From: a virus
Taxonomy: Duplodnaviria; Caudoviricetes
Reading direction: 5' to 3' (one strand)
IMG/VR virus record: IMGVR_UViG_3300010429_000387
Location: 160,001 to 224,000 of that record
Length of the DNA stretch: 64,000 nt
Position 1 is the stretch's first letter. Every line of letters begins with the position of its first letter. The position numbers and the translations under genes were made by a program. The notes beneath the pieces are model-generated. The model had not been told where the DNA came from. It was given only the letters and a program-made list of their open reading frames with translations, and ran no database searches. Shown here in pieces: positions 36,018 through 48,200 of this stretch.

Positions 36018-39000
36018 ATGGCACGAGGACCCTTTCAAGGAACCTACACCCCTAACGCCAGGCCAACCGTGGTCATGGCCCCTGATTCCATTGTCTACAT
36101 CAACGGGGAGACGGATATCATCGGGTGTGCCACCTGCAAGCGTCGGTTCGACTTTGGCAAGTACATCACCCAGATCCAGACCAGCCTCGACATAGACAGC
36201 GTCCCTGGGTCCGCCACCATCAACCTGAGTGTCCCACGCCATGTCGTGGACGACTTCTACATGGACGGGGTTCCGGTCATCTCACCCATGATGGAAGTGG
36301 AGATTTTCTCCAAGGGATTCTACCTACTTGAGGGGATCCCCCAGTATTACCCTACTTTCTGGGGGCTCATCACAGAAGTGTCCGACTCCTACTCCAATGG
36401 AGAGCACACAGTCACACTCAGTTGTGCCGATATCTTGAAGTGGTGGGAGATTTGCCGGATGAACGTGAACCCTGCGTTCACGGCTCCCACACCGTCCCTT
36501 GGAAGGTCGATCTTCGGGAACGTCCTCTTCGGGACCAACCCCTACGACCTCATCTTCACCTTGGCTCAGATGAGCTTCGGGGACGTGATCCTGGGGACTG
36601 GGTCGCTCGTGAGCCTCTACAAGGAGGCTGGGCAGAAGGCCACCTTCAACGCTGCCCTTGGGGACATCATGTCCTACTGGTCCCAGCGCTTCTCTCGGAT
36701 TCGCTCGAACCTCCTCCTGTATGGGGTCAATGGAATCGCCATTCGAGGGGACTCGGTTGCCCACAGCTACGAGCAGTCAAAGTTCACCCCAACCAAGGGT
36801 CTGACCCCGGTAGCCAACGCCGTCCGGAATGCCAACGGGGGTCCCCTGGCAGCCCAGCTTGCCTTCGACCCCACTGACCCGGACGTGACTGCCTTTCGGA
36901 CCCAGTTCTCTCAGGCTGGTGAGGTCAACTTTTGGCAGTCTGAGTACCAGACCAAGCTCGAAATCGCCAATGCCTGCAAGGAGGCTATCGGGTTCGAGTT
37001 CTACATGGATGTGACTGGGGACATTGTCTTCAAGCCCCCCTTCTACAACCTGGATATCCTCTCAAACAAGCCAGTTTCGTGGATTCAGGACATCGACATC
37101 ATCGACTGGGACTTCTCTGAGTCCGAGGCGGAGGTGGTCACCCAGCTCACCATCCAGGGGTCCTACGGCGGGAACGTAGACTACGGGTTCGGGCCAGAGA
37201 TCACTCCGTTTACGAGCGTAACTGACTACCACTTGCTTCGGCAGTATGGCTGGCGCCCTCATACCTTCAACTCGGAGTTCATGGGGGACCTGACCCGGAT
37301 GTTCTACCACGGGATGGACATCCTCGACCGCCTGAACTCCAGGCGGCACCAGGGGACGGTTACCATTCCGTTCCGACCTGAGCTTCGCCTTGGCTTCCCC
37401 GTCTACATCGCACCCAAGGATCAGGTCTGGTACATCAAGGGGATCTCCCACAGTATTGCCTTTGGTGGAAGGGCCACAACCTCCCTGACTCTGACTGCAA
37501 GACGGCAGAAGTTCGTTGCCATCCAAGGAATCTCGACCCTCAAGACCAAGGGGGACGCCTCTGAAGCCTACTATGAGAAGGCTTTGGCGGAGTTCAACAG
37601 GCTTGCCCCGGAGAAGAAGAAGGGAAAGTCACCCCCGAAGAAGCCAACCCCCAGTGGCAAGATCCAGGGTCCTCCCACCATTCGTCAACTTCGAGACCGG
37701 GCGTTTGCCTTGGAGATGGGGGACGCTGCCACGATCCCACCCATCGGGATGAACCCCGATGACCCGAAGACTTCGGAACCCTACAAGCCACTGCTCCTTC
37801 GCCACCCCAAGACTGGGAAGGTGGTGGGCTACCCCAATGTCGTGATGGTCTACACGAGGCCCTATGACGGGAAGAAGGGGTATGAGGCCATCGCAGGTGA
37901 GAAGAAGGCTGGGTCAAACAAGCAAGCACCAAAGGCCACAAAGGCCCAAACCGAGCAGCGGCAGAAGGCTGCTAGGGAAGAGGCCAAGAAAGCCTCAGCC
38001 TTCGGGAGGACCGAAGAGCTTCAGGGCAAATACTCGCACAACCGATACTCCTATGGCCTGAATTCTGCTGGGGTCTATGTCTATGCTCACGATGTAGACA
38101 AGTCGGTCACCCAGTTTGCCTTGATTCCTTCCAAGAACATCGTTGTGTCTGGGGGTGATAGCCCATTCACGGAGGAGGGCATCAAGCTAGAGACTCCCAC
38201 CTCGATGGTCAGGCCAGTCTCAGATGAGCGTGGGTTCGAGGTCATCGGTCACTTCCGGTACGGGCGTGGGGTGTCTCTTCGAGACGGGTCCTTGGTCTAC
38301 AACGAGGGTCAGAACAACCAGCAAACCGAGATTGGTGCCCAGCTAGCCTTGGGTGGGGACCTCTTTGCTACCCTCACTGCTCAGAGTCAGGGCCTCACCT
38401 CGGTCATCACGGCTTACCCGAATCCTGCTGATGCCGTGGCAAGGCTCATGCCTGAGGACCTTCAGTCCGCTGGCACTTGGACCATGGAGAACGGGGTTCG
38501 GAAGTTCGAGTTTGCGAACACAGGAACCAACTTCGTTGACTCAGCACCCCTTGGATCTGCTGAGGCCAAGGGGGTACCCCCGAGTGTCGAAGCGGGGCAG
38601 CTATCCAGGGCTTTGACCCTTGCTGAGATGACCGTTCGTTCAGAACTGGTTCCAGGTGACCCTGACTGCCCGTGTCAAACGGGGCGGGCGGATCTGACCT
38701 TCATCAATGTGGGCTACCAGGTCAAGACGATCAACCCTTCTTCCCCTGTCCTAGGTGACTCCCTCTATGGGAACAGGAATGCGGGTGGAAATGAGTTCCA
38801 GGCAGATGGTGCTGGTAGTGGTGGGGCAGCAGCAGATGGGAGCATCAACTTTGACTACCACTCAATCTCTGCTGAGGATTCTGCCGGGTCACAGTCCTAC
38901 TATGAGGCTCCTGTCAAACCCCCAACCCTGAAGGCGAGTGAGGCTATCGAGAGGGTCGAGAAGTACCTCATGACGCTCTACCAAGCCCTCGACACGCCTC

Positions 39001-39467
39001 ACCAAGACTTCGAGAAGTCTCTTCGAGGGGACCCCTCTGGGTTTGAGCTTCAGGGGGAGATTTCGGGGGAACGTCAGGTCCCCGATTTGTTCACCGGAGC
39101 TGAGGGTGATCCGGAGCAGGGGAACTTCTCTCCGCCCTTCAGCTCACCCAACCGATCCAACCTTGGTGACCCTGTTGCAACGGCTCAACAGGCCAGCTCT
39201 GCCATGGGGGACCTGAAGCAATCCTTCTCGGACTTCGGTGACAACCTGAAGAAGAACACGAAGAAGGCCCAACTCAAGTCCGAGATCAACGCTTTGACTG
39301 CCAAGATCGACCGCTTGAAGAAGCGTCAGGCCATGGCGATTGCCTCTTCTGGGTCTGGTTCTGTCACGATCCTGGGGAAGGACGACCCCGAGGAGCTTCA
39401 GAAGCAGATTGATGCAGCCGAACAGGACCGAGCCAACAAGGAGGCCGAGCTTGCCTTGCTCGGGTAA
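36018..39467 (+). CDS. Baseplate hub protein (gp27/VgrG-like)
   Basis: GSATINL..FWGLITEVSDSY..TKLEIA..FEFYMDVTGDIVFKPPFYN..GTVTIPFRPELRLGFPV..YIKGISHS..TTSLTL. Confidence 0.7.
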   Translation: MARGPFQGTYTPNARPTVVMAPDSIVYINGETDIIGCATCKRRFDFGKYITQIQTSLDIDSVPGSATINLSVPRHVVDDFYMDGVPVISPMMEVEIFSKGFYLLEGIPQYYPTFWGLITEVSDSYSNGEHTVTLSCADILKWWEICRMNVNPAFTAPTPSLGRSIFGNVLFGTNPYDLIFTLAQMSFGDVILGTGSLVSLYKEAGQKATFNAALGDIMSYWSQRFSRIRSNLLLYGVNGIAIRGDSVAHSYEQSKFTPTKGLTPVANAVRNANGGPLAAQLAFDPTDPDVTAFRTQFSQAGEVNFWQSEYQTKLEIANACKEAIGFEFYMDVTGDIVFKPPFYNLDILSNKPVSWIQDIDIIDWDFSESEAEVVTQLTIQGSYGGNVDYGFGPEITPFTSVTDYHLLRQYGWRPHTFNSEFMGDLTRMFYHGMDILDRLNSRRHQGTVTIPFRPELRLGFPVYIAPKDQVWYIKGISHSIAFGGRATTSLTLTARRQKFVAIQGISTLKTKGDASEAYYEKALAEFNRLAPEKKKGKSPPKKPTPSGKIQGPPTIRQLRDRAFALEMGDAATIPPIGMNPDDPKTSEPYKPLLLRHPKTGKVVGYPNVVMVYTRPYDGKKGYEAIAGEKKAGSNKQAPKATKAQTEQRQKAAREEAKKASAFGRTEELQGKYSHNRYSYGLNSAGVYVYAHDVDKSVTQFALIPSKNIVVSGGDSPFTEEGIKLETPTSMVRPVSDERGFEVIGHFRYGRGVSLRDGSLVYNEGQNNQQTEIGAQLALGGDLFATLTAQSQGLTSVITAYPNPADAVARLMPEDLQSAGTWTMENGVRKFEFANTGTNFVDSAPLGSAEAKGVPPSVEAGQLSRALTLAEMTVRSELVPGDPDCPCQTGRADLTFINVGYQVKTINPSSPVLGDSLYGNRNAGGNEFQADGAGSGGAAADGSINFDYHSISAEDSAGSQSYYEAPVKPPTLKASEAIERVEKYLMTLYQALDTPHQDFEKSLRGDPSGFELQGEISGERQVPDLFTGAEGDPEQGNFSPPFSSPNRSNLGDPVATAQQASSAMGDLKQSFSDFGDNLKKNTKKAQLKSEINALTAKIDRLKKRQAMAIASSGSGSVTILGKDDPEELQKQIDAAEQDRANKEAELALLG

Positions 39468-39470
39468 ACC

Positions 39471-41660
39471 ATGACGAGAAAGGTGGACTACGGAAAGGTC
39501 CCGAACAAGGACTTCGCAAGCTCAGACAAGCCTTTTGAGGGTTTGAGGGTCGGCATCATCACTCGGGTGGACGAGTTCCACATGAAGGCCGACGTGAAGG
39601 TTCTGTCTGGTCAGGACAACCGCTTCGAGCTGGACCTGACCTCCGCTATGGCAGGCCCGAGGAGCTTCCTAGGAGGCATCCCGGAGGTCGGATCGGTCGT
39701 TGTCATAGGCTACCGCAAGCGAAGCAAGCAAATCTACGAGGCGGTCATCCTTGGGTACGTGCCGGTCGGGAACTCCCTTGGGCTCAAGTTCGACACCTTT
39801 GCGGCTGTACCCCCTAGCGAAGTCTCTCCCGAGGATGCTGAGGATGCCCAGAAGCTCCTCGGTCGTCCTATCCGGTACAAGCGCATCAAGGGTCGCCAGG
39901 GGGACATCTTCGGAATGTCCTCTTCTGGTGCAGAGATGCACCTCTCGAAGGATGTTCGGTTCACCAACCGGGCGGGGGATCTCTTCGAGCTTCGGGACGT
40001 AGACCGAACCTTTGTCAGTCAGGCCCTTCATAGGGTAGAATCCGATGCAGCGGCTTACCTGTACTCGGGACCGATCCGTCGTGGGGCCATGAACCTGCCC
40101 CTGGAAATCTTCGTGAAGGACCCCAAGACCGGGGTGATCACGAAGAAGGTCAGGGGTCCGGATGCTAGGTACTTCGGACAGGATGACCTGTCCACCACGG
40201 GGATTGCTCCCTCGGCAACCTTCATCAACCCGGCAACCTACGAGCGGCTGGACCGGATCAACAAGGATGACGAGTTCCCACCGACCACCTACTCCAACGG
40301 GAGGCAGGTGTTCTACCCCTCTGGGAACCAGGCCACCAACTTCGAGGACCCCCTCAATGGTGGATCTCTCCGGGCCTACACCGAGCGCCGGATGGAGATC
40401 CGTCACGAGACGGACATGGAGCAGGAGGTCTTGGAGGAGATCGATGGGTTCCCCATCGACCGACCGAGGGCCTACATCGAGCAGGTCTTCGGGACCCTTG
40501 TCGGAAACGACCCCATCTCGACTCAGGGGCAACGGCAGTACGCCAGGGTCCTGAAGCCCAAGGTCTTCGAGGACTTCGACCAGGCTTCAGCAGCAGGCAA
40601 CGGGCTGACCGTAGAGGAGTGCCTTCGACCCCCGGCAACGGCTGTGGACGAAGCCCTCAACATGGCGGCAGCCTACTACTTCAGGATCTCCCCACCCAGG
40701 GCTTCCTCGAAGAGCACCTTTGCGGTGGCTGTCTCGAAGCAGGGGAAGCTCTTCGCCAACATCCCTGGTTCCTCCAGCGAGAACTATGCAGCCAAGAACG
40801 TTTCGGCTGAGGTCAACATGGAGGGAGCCCTCAAGATGTTCTTGGGCGCCATGCTCCCTGACCGATACTCCCTTCACCTGACCTGCGAAGGAGGGGTCTA
40901 CCTGGACATCGGGGCCAACTCGAACGGGGAGTGCATCACCACCAACTTCCGGGGGTCTATCAAGAACATCTTCCGAGGTAGCGGGAACTCTGTGGATGAT
41001 GTGGCCCACAGCATGGATGTCCAGGGGAACACTGAGACCCATGTAGGCGGGACCGACAATCAGGTGGTCAAGGGCTCGTACCAGAAGACCGTGGATGGCG
41101 GCTACACCGTCAAGGCCAGTACCATTGCTCTCAATGGGCTCAACGGCTTCAGTGGGAACTTTGGGGGCTGGAATACCCTGGTCTCCGGAAAGACCCAGAA
41201 CTACTACGCCATGATCTACCAGGAGACGGTAGCTCTTGGTGGGAAGCTCTGTACGATTCTGGCGGGTGGGCACATCGAGAACATCTTGGCGGGAGCCAAG
41301 ACGACCACGGTTGCAGCGGGAGCTGTGGCAGTCAACTGTCCGGCTGGGGCCTATGCGGTTACGGTTGGGACTGGTGCTATGTCTCTGACCACTGGGGCAG
41401 GGGCCGTGACCATCTCGACTGGGGCAGGGGCCTTGTCCTTGACGGCTGGAGGGGGTGTGATTGCCATCACAGCGGGCCTGGGGATGACCCTCACGGCATC
41501 GACCCTGGTTTCGATAGTCGCCCCTCAGATCCTTCTGGGAGGCCCCCCAGCAGTCCTTGGGGTGGCCCGAGGGCTTCCGATGCACCCACCGGGGAGTCCG
41601 AGCTTGGACTGGATCACTGGACTCCCCATCCAGGGCTCAGCCATGGTGAGGTCCATCTGA
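39471..41660 (+). CDS. Baseplate central spike (gp5/gpV-like)
   Basis: N-terminal OB-fold with GIPEVGSVVVIGY; C-terminal beta-helix repeats (VQGN..VGGT..VKGS..VDGG, then GAGAVTISTGAGALSLT). Confidence 0.75.
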   Translation: MTRKVDYGKVPNKDFASSDKPFEGLRVGIITRVDEFHMKADVKVLSGQDNRFELDLTSAMAGPRSFLGGIPEVGSVVVIGYRKRSKQIYEAVILGYVPVGNSLGLKFDTFAAVPPSEVSPEDAEDAQKLLGRPIRYKRIKGRQGDIFGMSSSGAEMHLSKDVRFTNRAGDLFELRDVDRTFVSQALHRVESDAAAYLYSGPIRRGAMNLPLEIFVKDPKTGVITKKVRGPDARYFGQDDLSTTGIAPSATFINPATYERLDRINKDDEFPPTTYSNGRQVFYPSGNQATNFEDPLNGGSLRAYTERRMEIRHETDMEQEVLEEIDGFPIDRPRAYIEQVFGTLVGNDPISTQGQRQYARVLKPKVFEDFDQASAAGNGLTVEECLRPPATAVDEALNMAAAYYFRISPPRASSKSTFAVAVSKQGKLFANIPGSSSENYAAKNVSAEVNMEGALKMFLGAMLPDRYSLHLTCEGGVYLDIGANSNGECITTNFRGSIKNIFRGSGNSVDDVAHSMDVQGNTETHVGGTDNQVVKGSYQKTVDGGYTVKASTIALNGLNGFSGNFGGWNTLVSGKTQNYYAMIYQETVALGGKLCTILAGGHIENILAGAKTTTVAAGAVAVNCPAGAYAVTVGTGAMSLTTGAGAVTISTGAGALSLTAGGGVIAITAGLGMTLTASTLVSIVAPQILLGGPPAVLGVARGLPMHPPGSPSLDWITGLPIQGSAMVRSI

Positions 41661-41661
41661 A

Positions 41662-42231
41662 ATGCCGCTTGTGCCACCTGCACTTACGGCCACCATCACC
41701 ACGGGACTGATCTCCGGTGGCATGTTGGGCACGTCTGTACCTCAGCTTGCCTCTGGAATCGGTATGGGCCTGTCTATGTGGGCTCAGCAGCAAACCGTTA
41801 CAACCGTAGACGCTGGAGTTCTGGGTGTAGGTGTCGGGATAGCCCCCTTCATCATCCCTCCTCCACTGATGATCGTCAATCTTCTAGCTGCTTTTGCCTC
41901 GAATGGGTTGCTTGGTCCGATGGCTCCCCTTGAGGCAACTGGACTTGCAAATGGAATCGCTCTCGGGATGGCTCAGGGGGTCCTCCAAACTCAGCACCCG
42001 ACGGTAGGTACCGGGGCTGGGGTGGGTCGCATCGTAGGCCCCCCAGCTTTTTCTTCTTTGATGCAGGGCTTTGGTAGCGTCGGCATCAAAGGCCAGGGTG
42101 CAACCCAGAAGGCCAACGCTATTTCGATGGCCTTGATGATGACCCTACAGTCTCTTGTCTTTCCAATCCCCATCGTTGGCTCGGGGTCACCAGCCTCCTC
42201 TGGTGGGGTAGGTACAGGCAAGATTCTCTGA
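41662..42231 (+). CDS. Hydrophobic Gly-rich baseplate-associated protein
   Basis: 189 aa with very few charged residues, directly after the spike gene. Confidence 0.6.
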   Translation: MPLVPPALTATITTGLISGGMLGTSVPQLASGIGMGLSMWAQQQTVTTVDAGVLGVGVGIAPFIIPPPLMIVNLLAAFASNGLLGPMAPLEATGLANGIALGMAQGVLQTQHPTVGTGAGVGRIVGPPAFSSLMQGFGSVGIKGQGATQKANAISMALMMTLQSLVFPIPIVGSGSPASSGGVGTGKIL

Positions 42232-42248
42232 GATCAGATGAGGAATAG

Positions 42249-45200
42249 ATGGGCTTCTCACTCACCGGCTATGTCATCGAAAAACCTCGGGTTGGAGCTG
42301 CCAACAGCCCGTTCACAGCGAGCCCGGACAACTTCGTTTCGGACCCAGCAGCCTATTCCTCTACGTTTGGGAGTGACGAGTCAGATCCGGGTCGCACGGA
42401 GTACCTGACCATAGTCCTGGTTGATGGTGACTTCCCTGTTGCAGAGTTCGGTTGGACCAAGAACGAGGGAGGGCTCCAACGGTTCGACTACGACGGAGCT
42501 GAGGGCAAGTTCAGGCCCCTTCCTGGTGGGAAACGTCAGCTTCTTGGGACTCTTAGCTTGGAGTCCAACATGACTCGGCTGAAGGTTGCTTCCAAGCCAG
42601 TTTTCTCTACCACCGTTGCGCCATTCCGCCTTTCAGTGGGAAACACTGGAAGCGGAACCACTTTCACGGTGACCCTGGTTGAGCTTGATGCAGACTTCAC
42701 GACGATCACAACCTCGGGGCAGGCCCAACTCAGCCTTGAGACGGGGAACCTCAACTGGAAAGACTCCGACCTGGTTTCCAACCTGGGCCAGGAGGTCTAC
42801 TTCCAGCAGCAGGCGTTCTTCACCCTGAAGGAGTCCAAGGGGCTCCTCGGCACGCTTGGGACTGACCCGATCCTCTTGAACCCGATTCCGGGGCAGGGTC
42901 CAACGGCTGGGACCTATCAGGCCCCCATCCTTCGATTTGGCTTTGGGCTTTACCTGACCCCAGTTCGAGTGGCGGATGAGGCGTCCTTTTCAGTGGACCC
43001 AACCAAGGGCACGTTCGAGTGGGCTCAGTCTACAGGGAGAGTGAACTTCAACTCTTCGGACATGACTGAGAACGATGGGGAACCTGTGTACTATGACGGG
43101 GTTCTCTTTGAGAAGGGCAAGCGCCTCACCAAGCAGGATCTCCTCTCGGTTAGCAGTCCTTTGCCCGTATCGCCTCTTCCGGCCTCTGGTGGGGACCTTG
43201 TTTTTCGAGCTGTAAATCTAGCGTTCTGCCCGTCGGGGACAGCTACGCTTCTCTCAACCTCCCTACTTGAGGACAACTCCGTAGACTTCCTGGTGGGTGG
43301 AGTTCAGGCTGGTGACTTGGTCCTGATCACAGGAGGCCCCTACTCGGGTCTTCGACGGCAGGTGGTTCAGGTAGCTCAGCATCAACTCACTGTCGCCCCG
43401 CCCTTCCCCGCCACCATGGTGGCTACCTACCGGGTCGAGCTGCAAGCTCAGGTTCATCAGTTCCCAGTGACATCCAGGGTGACCTCGTTCACTCCCCCAG
43501 GGGCCTTTGGAACTGTTCAGGTGAACAACACGTCGGGGGCCGTTCAGTTTTCGGTCCCAGACCAGGCTGCCTACGGGACGTGGAGGGTCGAAGCCATCTC
43601 AGGTGACCTTCCCTTGGAGCGTGGTTTGTCGATGAGGTTCTTCCGGTCCCCAGTGGACCTGAGTGGGACCAATCCAGCAGCCAAGGACTTCACCTCCTTC
43701 TACCCGACAGAAGAAGCCAGGTTGGCCGACCCCATCATTGGGGCACCTCTTGTCTTCTTGCCCACCCTTCCGATAGACGACCCGGCCTACCCGACCTACT
43801 ACGAGGTCCAGCAGGGGACCGGGACCTTCTTGGGACCTCTCCCAAGGCTGGACGTAGCCAGCCCACCCTCGGGCTATGGGTACACCATCGACTTCGAGGG
43901 GAAGCAGCTCAGCTACGCCTTCAGGAGGAACCTCGAAGTATCCCAAATCCCCTCGGTGACTGGAGCCTGGACACTTCAACCACTGGTCAACCCAACCGCT
44001 GCTCTGTTTGAGCTGGACCAGGGTACTGGCTACCTTCCGCTTCACTTGGTCGGGGAGGAGCCTATCCTGGGTCCAAATGCTGGGGACGCCATCCTTGAGC
44101 CCACCTCAGGGGTTCTGACCTTCGTGGATGAGGTGGGAACACTTCTCTTGGCTAGCGCCGGAGGTTCGGTCTCGTCCCTGTCTTTGGGAACCCTTCACGA
44201 CAACAGCGTGGATTTCAGCTCTATCCCGGACAACAGTCTCTTGTTCATCTACTCGGGGACGGCCTCTGAGGAGATCAAGGGAGTCTACACCGTCACGGGG
44301 GTGTCTGACTCAACCCACTTGACCTTTACCCCTGCTCTTCCTGTCTTTGCTACAGGGGTCAGTTACGAGATCCGTCAGGACCGGGAGGTCCTTGCAGACC
44401 GGTTCTTCGAGGAGGTCTCGGTTGCTGACCCCAACACCAAGCTGGAGAAGATCCGGATTTTGGGGGTCTGCTCCAACTCGACTCGACTGAACATCAACAA
44501 GGCTCTGGCCTCGGTCTCCAGGTTCAGGTTCGGGACTGACCGATTCTCGACCCAGGTGAACCAGGTTGCCACGGATGCGGACTTCACTACCCTTGCCCAG
44601 GGAGTGGTCGAGGTCAGCCTAGCCACTGGGAACCTCAACTTCTCACCATCCGATGTGTCCCTGGCCCCTCAGGTCTACTGGGTCTGGGCGCTAACTAGCG
44701 GAAAAGACTACAGAATCAGTGCAGAGCTGGGGATGTTCCAGCTCACCGAGCGGCTCTTGTCCATGGACGAGTTGCTGGTGACCTATCCAGCTTCGGATGA
44801 CAATCCTGACCCCACGGTGACCCCATTGGTAATCACCGTTGAGCGTGGGGTGTTCCTTGTTCGGAAGGAACTGACCGAGCACACAGCGATCACCTCAAGC
44901 ATCCCCTTCAACAAGAAGGGGAGGACCGTGGCTACCGTCCCAGCCCCGGTGGTATTCCGTGGGGGTCGCCCACAAGACGATACCCAGGTGGTGGTGAATA
45001 CTGGAAGCTCCACGATCACCTTCCTCCCAGACTTGATCCCTACCCCTGGAGGAGCGCTCCGGGTCACAGATGCGCTCCCTCATGGGGCTCAGATTGGCCC
45101 TGATGAGCGGGTCTACATCGACTACAACATCTACGAGGCCCTTGGGGGTGAGAACACAATCACCGTCACCAAGCCTCCCTTCCTGGTCTCACCCGTCCAG

Positions 45201-48200
45201 ATCACTGAGGGGGCCACCAGCTTCACCATCAAGGGTGACCGGAGAGCAGACTTCCCAGCCAACTACCTCTTCAGGGTGGAAACCGAGCAGCTCTACTACC
45301 TCGGGACCCCCACCTATGATGCGGGTACTGGGCTCACCACGGTCAACTTGGCAGTGGGCCAGAAGTTCAGGGACTCCTTCACCAACCCAAAGCTCTTCCT
45401 GTCCTCTGGGGCTACCAGGGTTGCATCGATCTTCTTGTCCCCAGGGTACTTTGTTCCGGAAGTAGCGACCTTCGAGAGCACCCCTCGGGGCATGTCCAAG
45501 GTGAAGGTCTACGGTGACAAGACCTCCGCCTATCGAACTGGGGTTGTGGTCAACTTCTCTGGGACGCTGGACTCTGTCAACTACAGCGAGTTCTACTTGA
45601 TCTCTGGCGTGGCCTATGATGCCAAGTCAGATAGGACAGAGCTTACCTTCACTCAGTCTACCGCACGCCAGTATTCTTTCGGCCAGTGCGTTATGCGTAG
45701 GTCGGTTCGCCCCATCTATGAGGCATCCACCACGAAGGTCCAGACGGCATCTTCCCCCACGGTACCACCAGCCCCCTCTGGGAGCCCTCCCAACAAGCTG
45801 ATCGACACGGTCATCGTGTACCGAAGAACCGATGGGTCTCCGGGGACTGTCCTCTCCTCCCCCACGGACTTCAAGCTCGATGACTCCGGAAAGCTGGAGT
45901 TCACTGAGCCTTTGGCTCACGGGGAGGAGTTCTCAATCCTGTACACGAAGTTCAGGAGCATTCAGCCGGGCCAGCTTCGGTCGTCCTACACGCACACCAT
46001 CTCTCCCAACGCTGACAACGGTCTGGTGAATCAGATCCTCGTCAGTAGCTTCACGACTTTCATCCCGGATTCTTTCTACTTCCGGGTGGAGACCATGACC
46101 AACTACCGGGGAGAGGTAGCCAAGAAGTACAAGGACGATGCCAAGGCTTCGGTTCCTTCCAGCGGGCCTCGGGTGAGCAATGCTTCTCAGCCCAAGCTCT
46201 ACGAGCAGGGGCAGAAGTCCGTGTTCTTCGATGAGGGGGCCTTGGTCAACGAGGATATCATCGCTCGAACGGTCCTCAAGAACTACAACGACACCATCAA
46301 CACTCTGGAGGACATCCTCTGGAACCTCGATGGGCGTGTGGTCGGGGACTGGGACGGGAAGTTCAGGTTCGATGGGACACTAGGGTCCACTGTCACTGAC
46401 TTTACCCTGGCAAACAACCAGATTGACGACCAGGTCCAGGTCTCACCCTTCCCGATCACATTCAACCCGTCACTGACCTTCATCGGGACCTACATCAAAG
46501 CCTACCAGCCCGGAGCCCAGAGCCGCTTCTATCCGATGCGGAAGACTGGGGTGGGAAAGACGCTCACTGGGAAGGATGACAATGCTGGGACGGGAGCCCA
46601 GCTTGTGGACTTCGAGGCCAAGAACATCATCGGATCGGATCCAACCGTCTACCGCCGGGTCCCTCGGGCTCGGGTCATTCGTCCTGCCAAGGCCGGTGAG
46701 ACGACACTCTACGTGGACTCGACGGCAGCAGTGGACCAGCCACCCTATCGACCAGCTTTCTCGGGTGGGATGAAGGTGGTCATCCAGGATGCAGCCGGGA
46801 CCTTCTACGTGCCCCAGAGCGCACCCCTGACCGTTGGGTCTGTGAGTCCGACCAGCCTCATCGTAGGGGCTCTCCCCTCGGATGTGCCCGCTGGGGCAAC
46901 TGTCTACCTGGGAGAGAAGGATGACAGCTACCAGAAGAGCTACCGAGTTGGGATGGATGTCTCGTTTGACAACGAGAAGGGGTACCTCCTCTACATCAAG
47001 CCCTACTTCCCCTTCGATGGTTCGGTTCCGCTGATCCCAGAGCAGCTCTGCGTCCAGCCTCCGAACAAGAACGAGCTTCTTCAGGGCACCGTTTCAATGT
47101 CCAACGGGCTGACCGCTCCCAAGAAGATCCCAGCTCTCTACGGTCAGGCGTTCGATGACTCCGGGGACCAAAGGATACCCCTTATTGGCCCCTCAATGAC
47201 CTGTGAGAACAACTCTGGTGGGTCTGGGTACTTCGACATCCAGTTGAAGTACGTGGCTCCTAGCGGGGTTCTGGGAGCCTTGCCGGTGCCCTTTGTCGGG
47301 GTGGGGAACCTCGACTCCCTCGGGACAACAATCACCCTTGCCTCCGGGACGTTCCCAGCCCCGGTTCCTCAGCCAGGGGACTTGGTCAGGATCCTTGATG
47401 GAGCCAACGGCCCCTCATCTTTCCACCGGATTACCTCGGTGGGGGCCAACTCTCTGTTCTTTGAGAATGCTCTGGGAACAAGGCCGACCACTGGGTTCCA
47501 GTTCCTTGTCACTACAGCCCCCAACCTAAGGGTGGGCTCCTTCTCGGTCATGTCTGGGGTCACGCTCACGGACCTCACCGCAACCTTCCAGTCCCTTGGG
47601 ATTCAACCAGGTGACACGGTGGTCCTGACCAACTCCTCTCACCTGAACTCGAAGTACCAGCGACGCCAGGTGGTAGCAGTTCTCTCCGAGACCCAGCTTG
47701 TTGTGGACTATGCTTTCACTGGGATAGTCATTCCAGAGACCTACCGGATCTGTCGCCCTCTCAACACCTTCAGCTACAAGGATCGGTTGGCAGAGCTGGC
47801 TGCCTCAGCAGGTGGGTTGGTTCAGATTCTATCCACTAACCCGAACAGTGAGATCGCTTCAGCGGACGCCTTCTTCAACAGCGTGTTCACCGACCGATTC
47901 CCTGGCTCAGTTGCGGGGACCTTCTCGGGGGACACCCTCACGGGGGCTGGTGGGGTAGACTTCGTCACCCACAACGTCCAGGCCGGGGACTACGTCTATG
48001 CCCCCTACCCTCAGGGGAGTGCCGGGTTGTTCCTGGTCACTTCGGTAGTCAGCTCGTCTGTCCTGAAGGTCAAGGATCCCCCTTCTCCAGGTGGCGTGAC
48101 CTTCCGGGTTGCCAGTGCCTTTGGTGTGGTCGAGAAGTCTCTGAGGACCGTCTACGAGATTCGGAAGGCAGCCTACGACTTCGTCCAGAAGCCCATAGCC

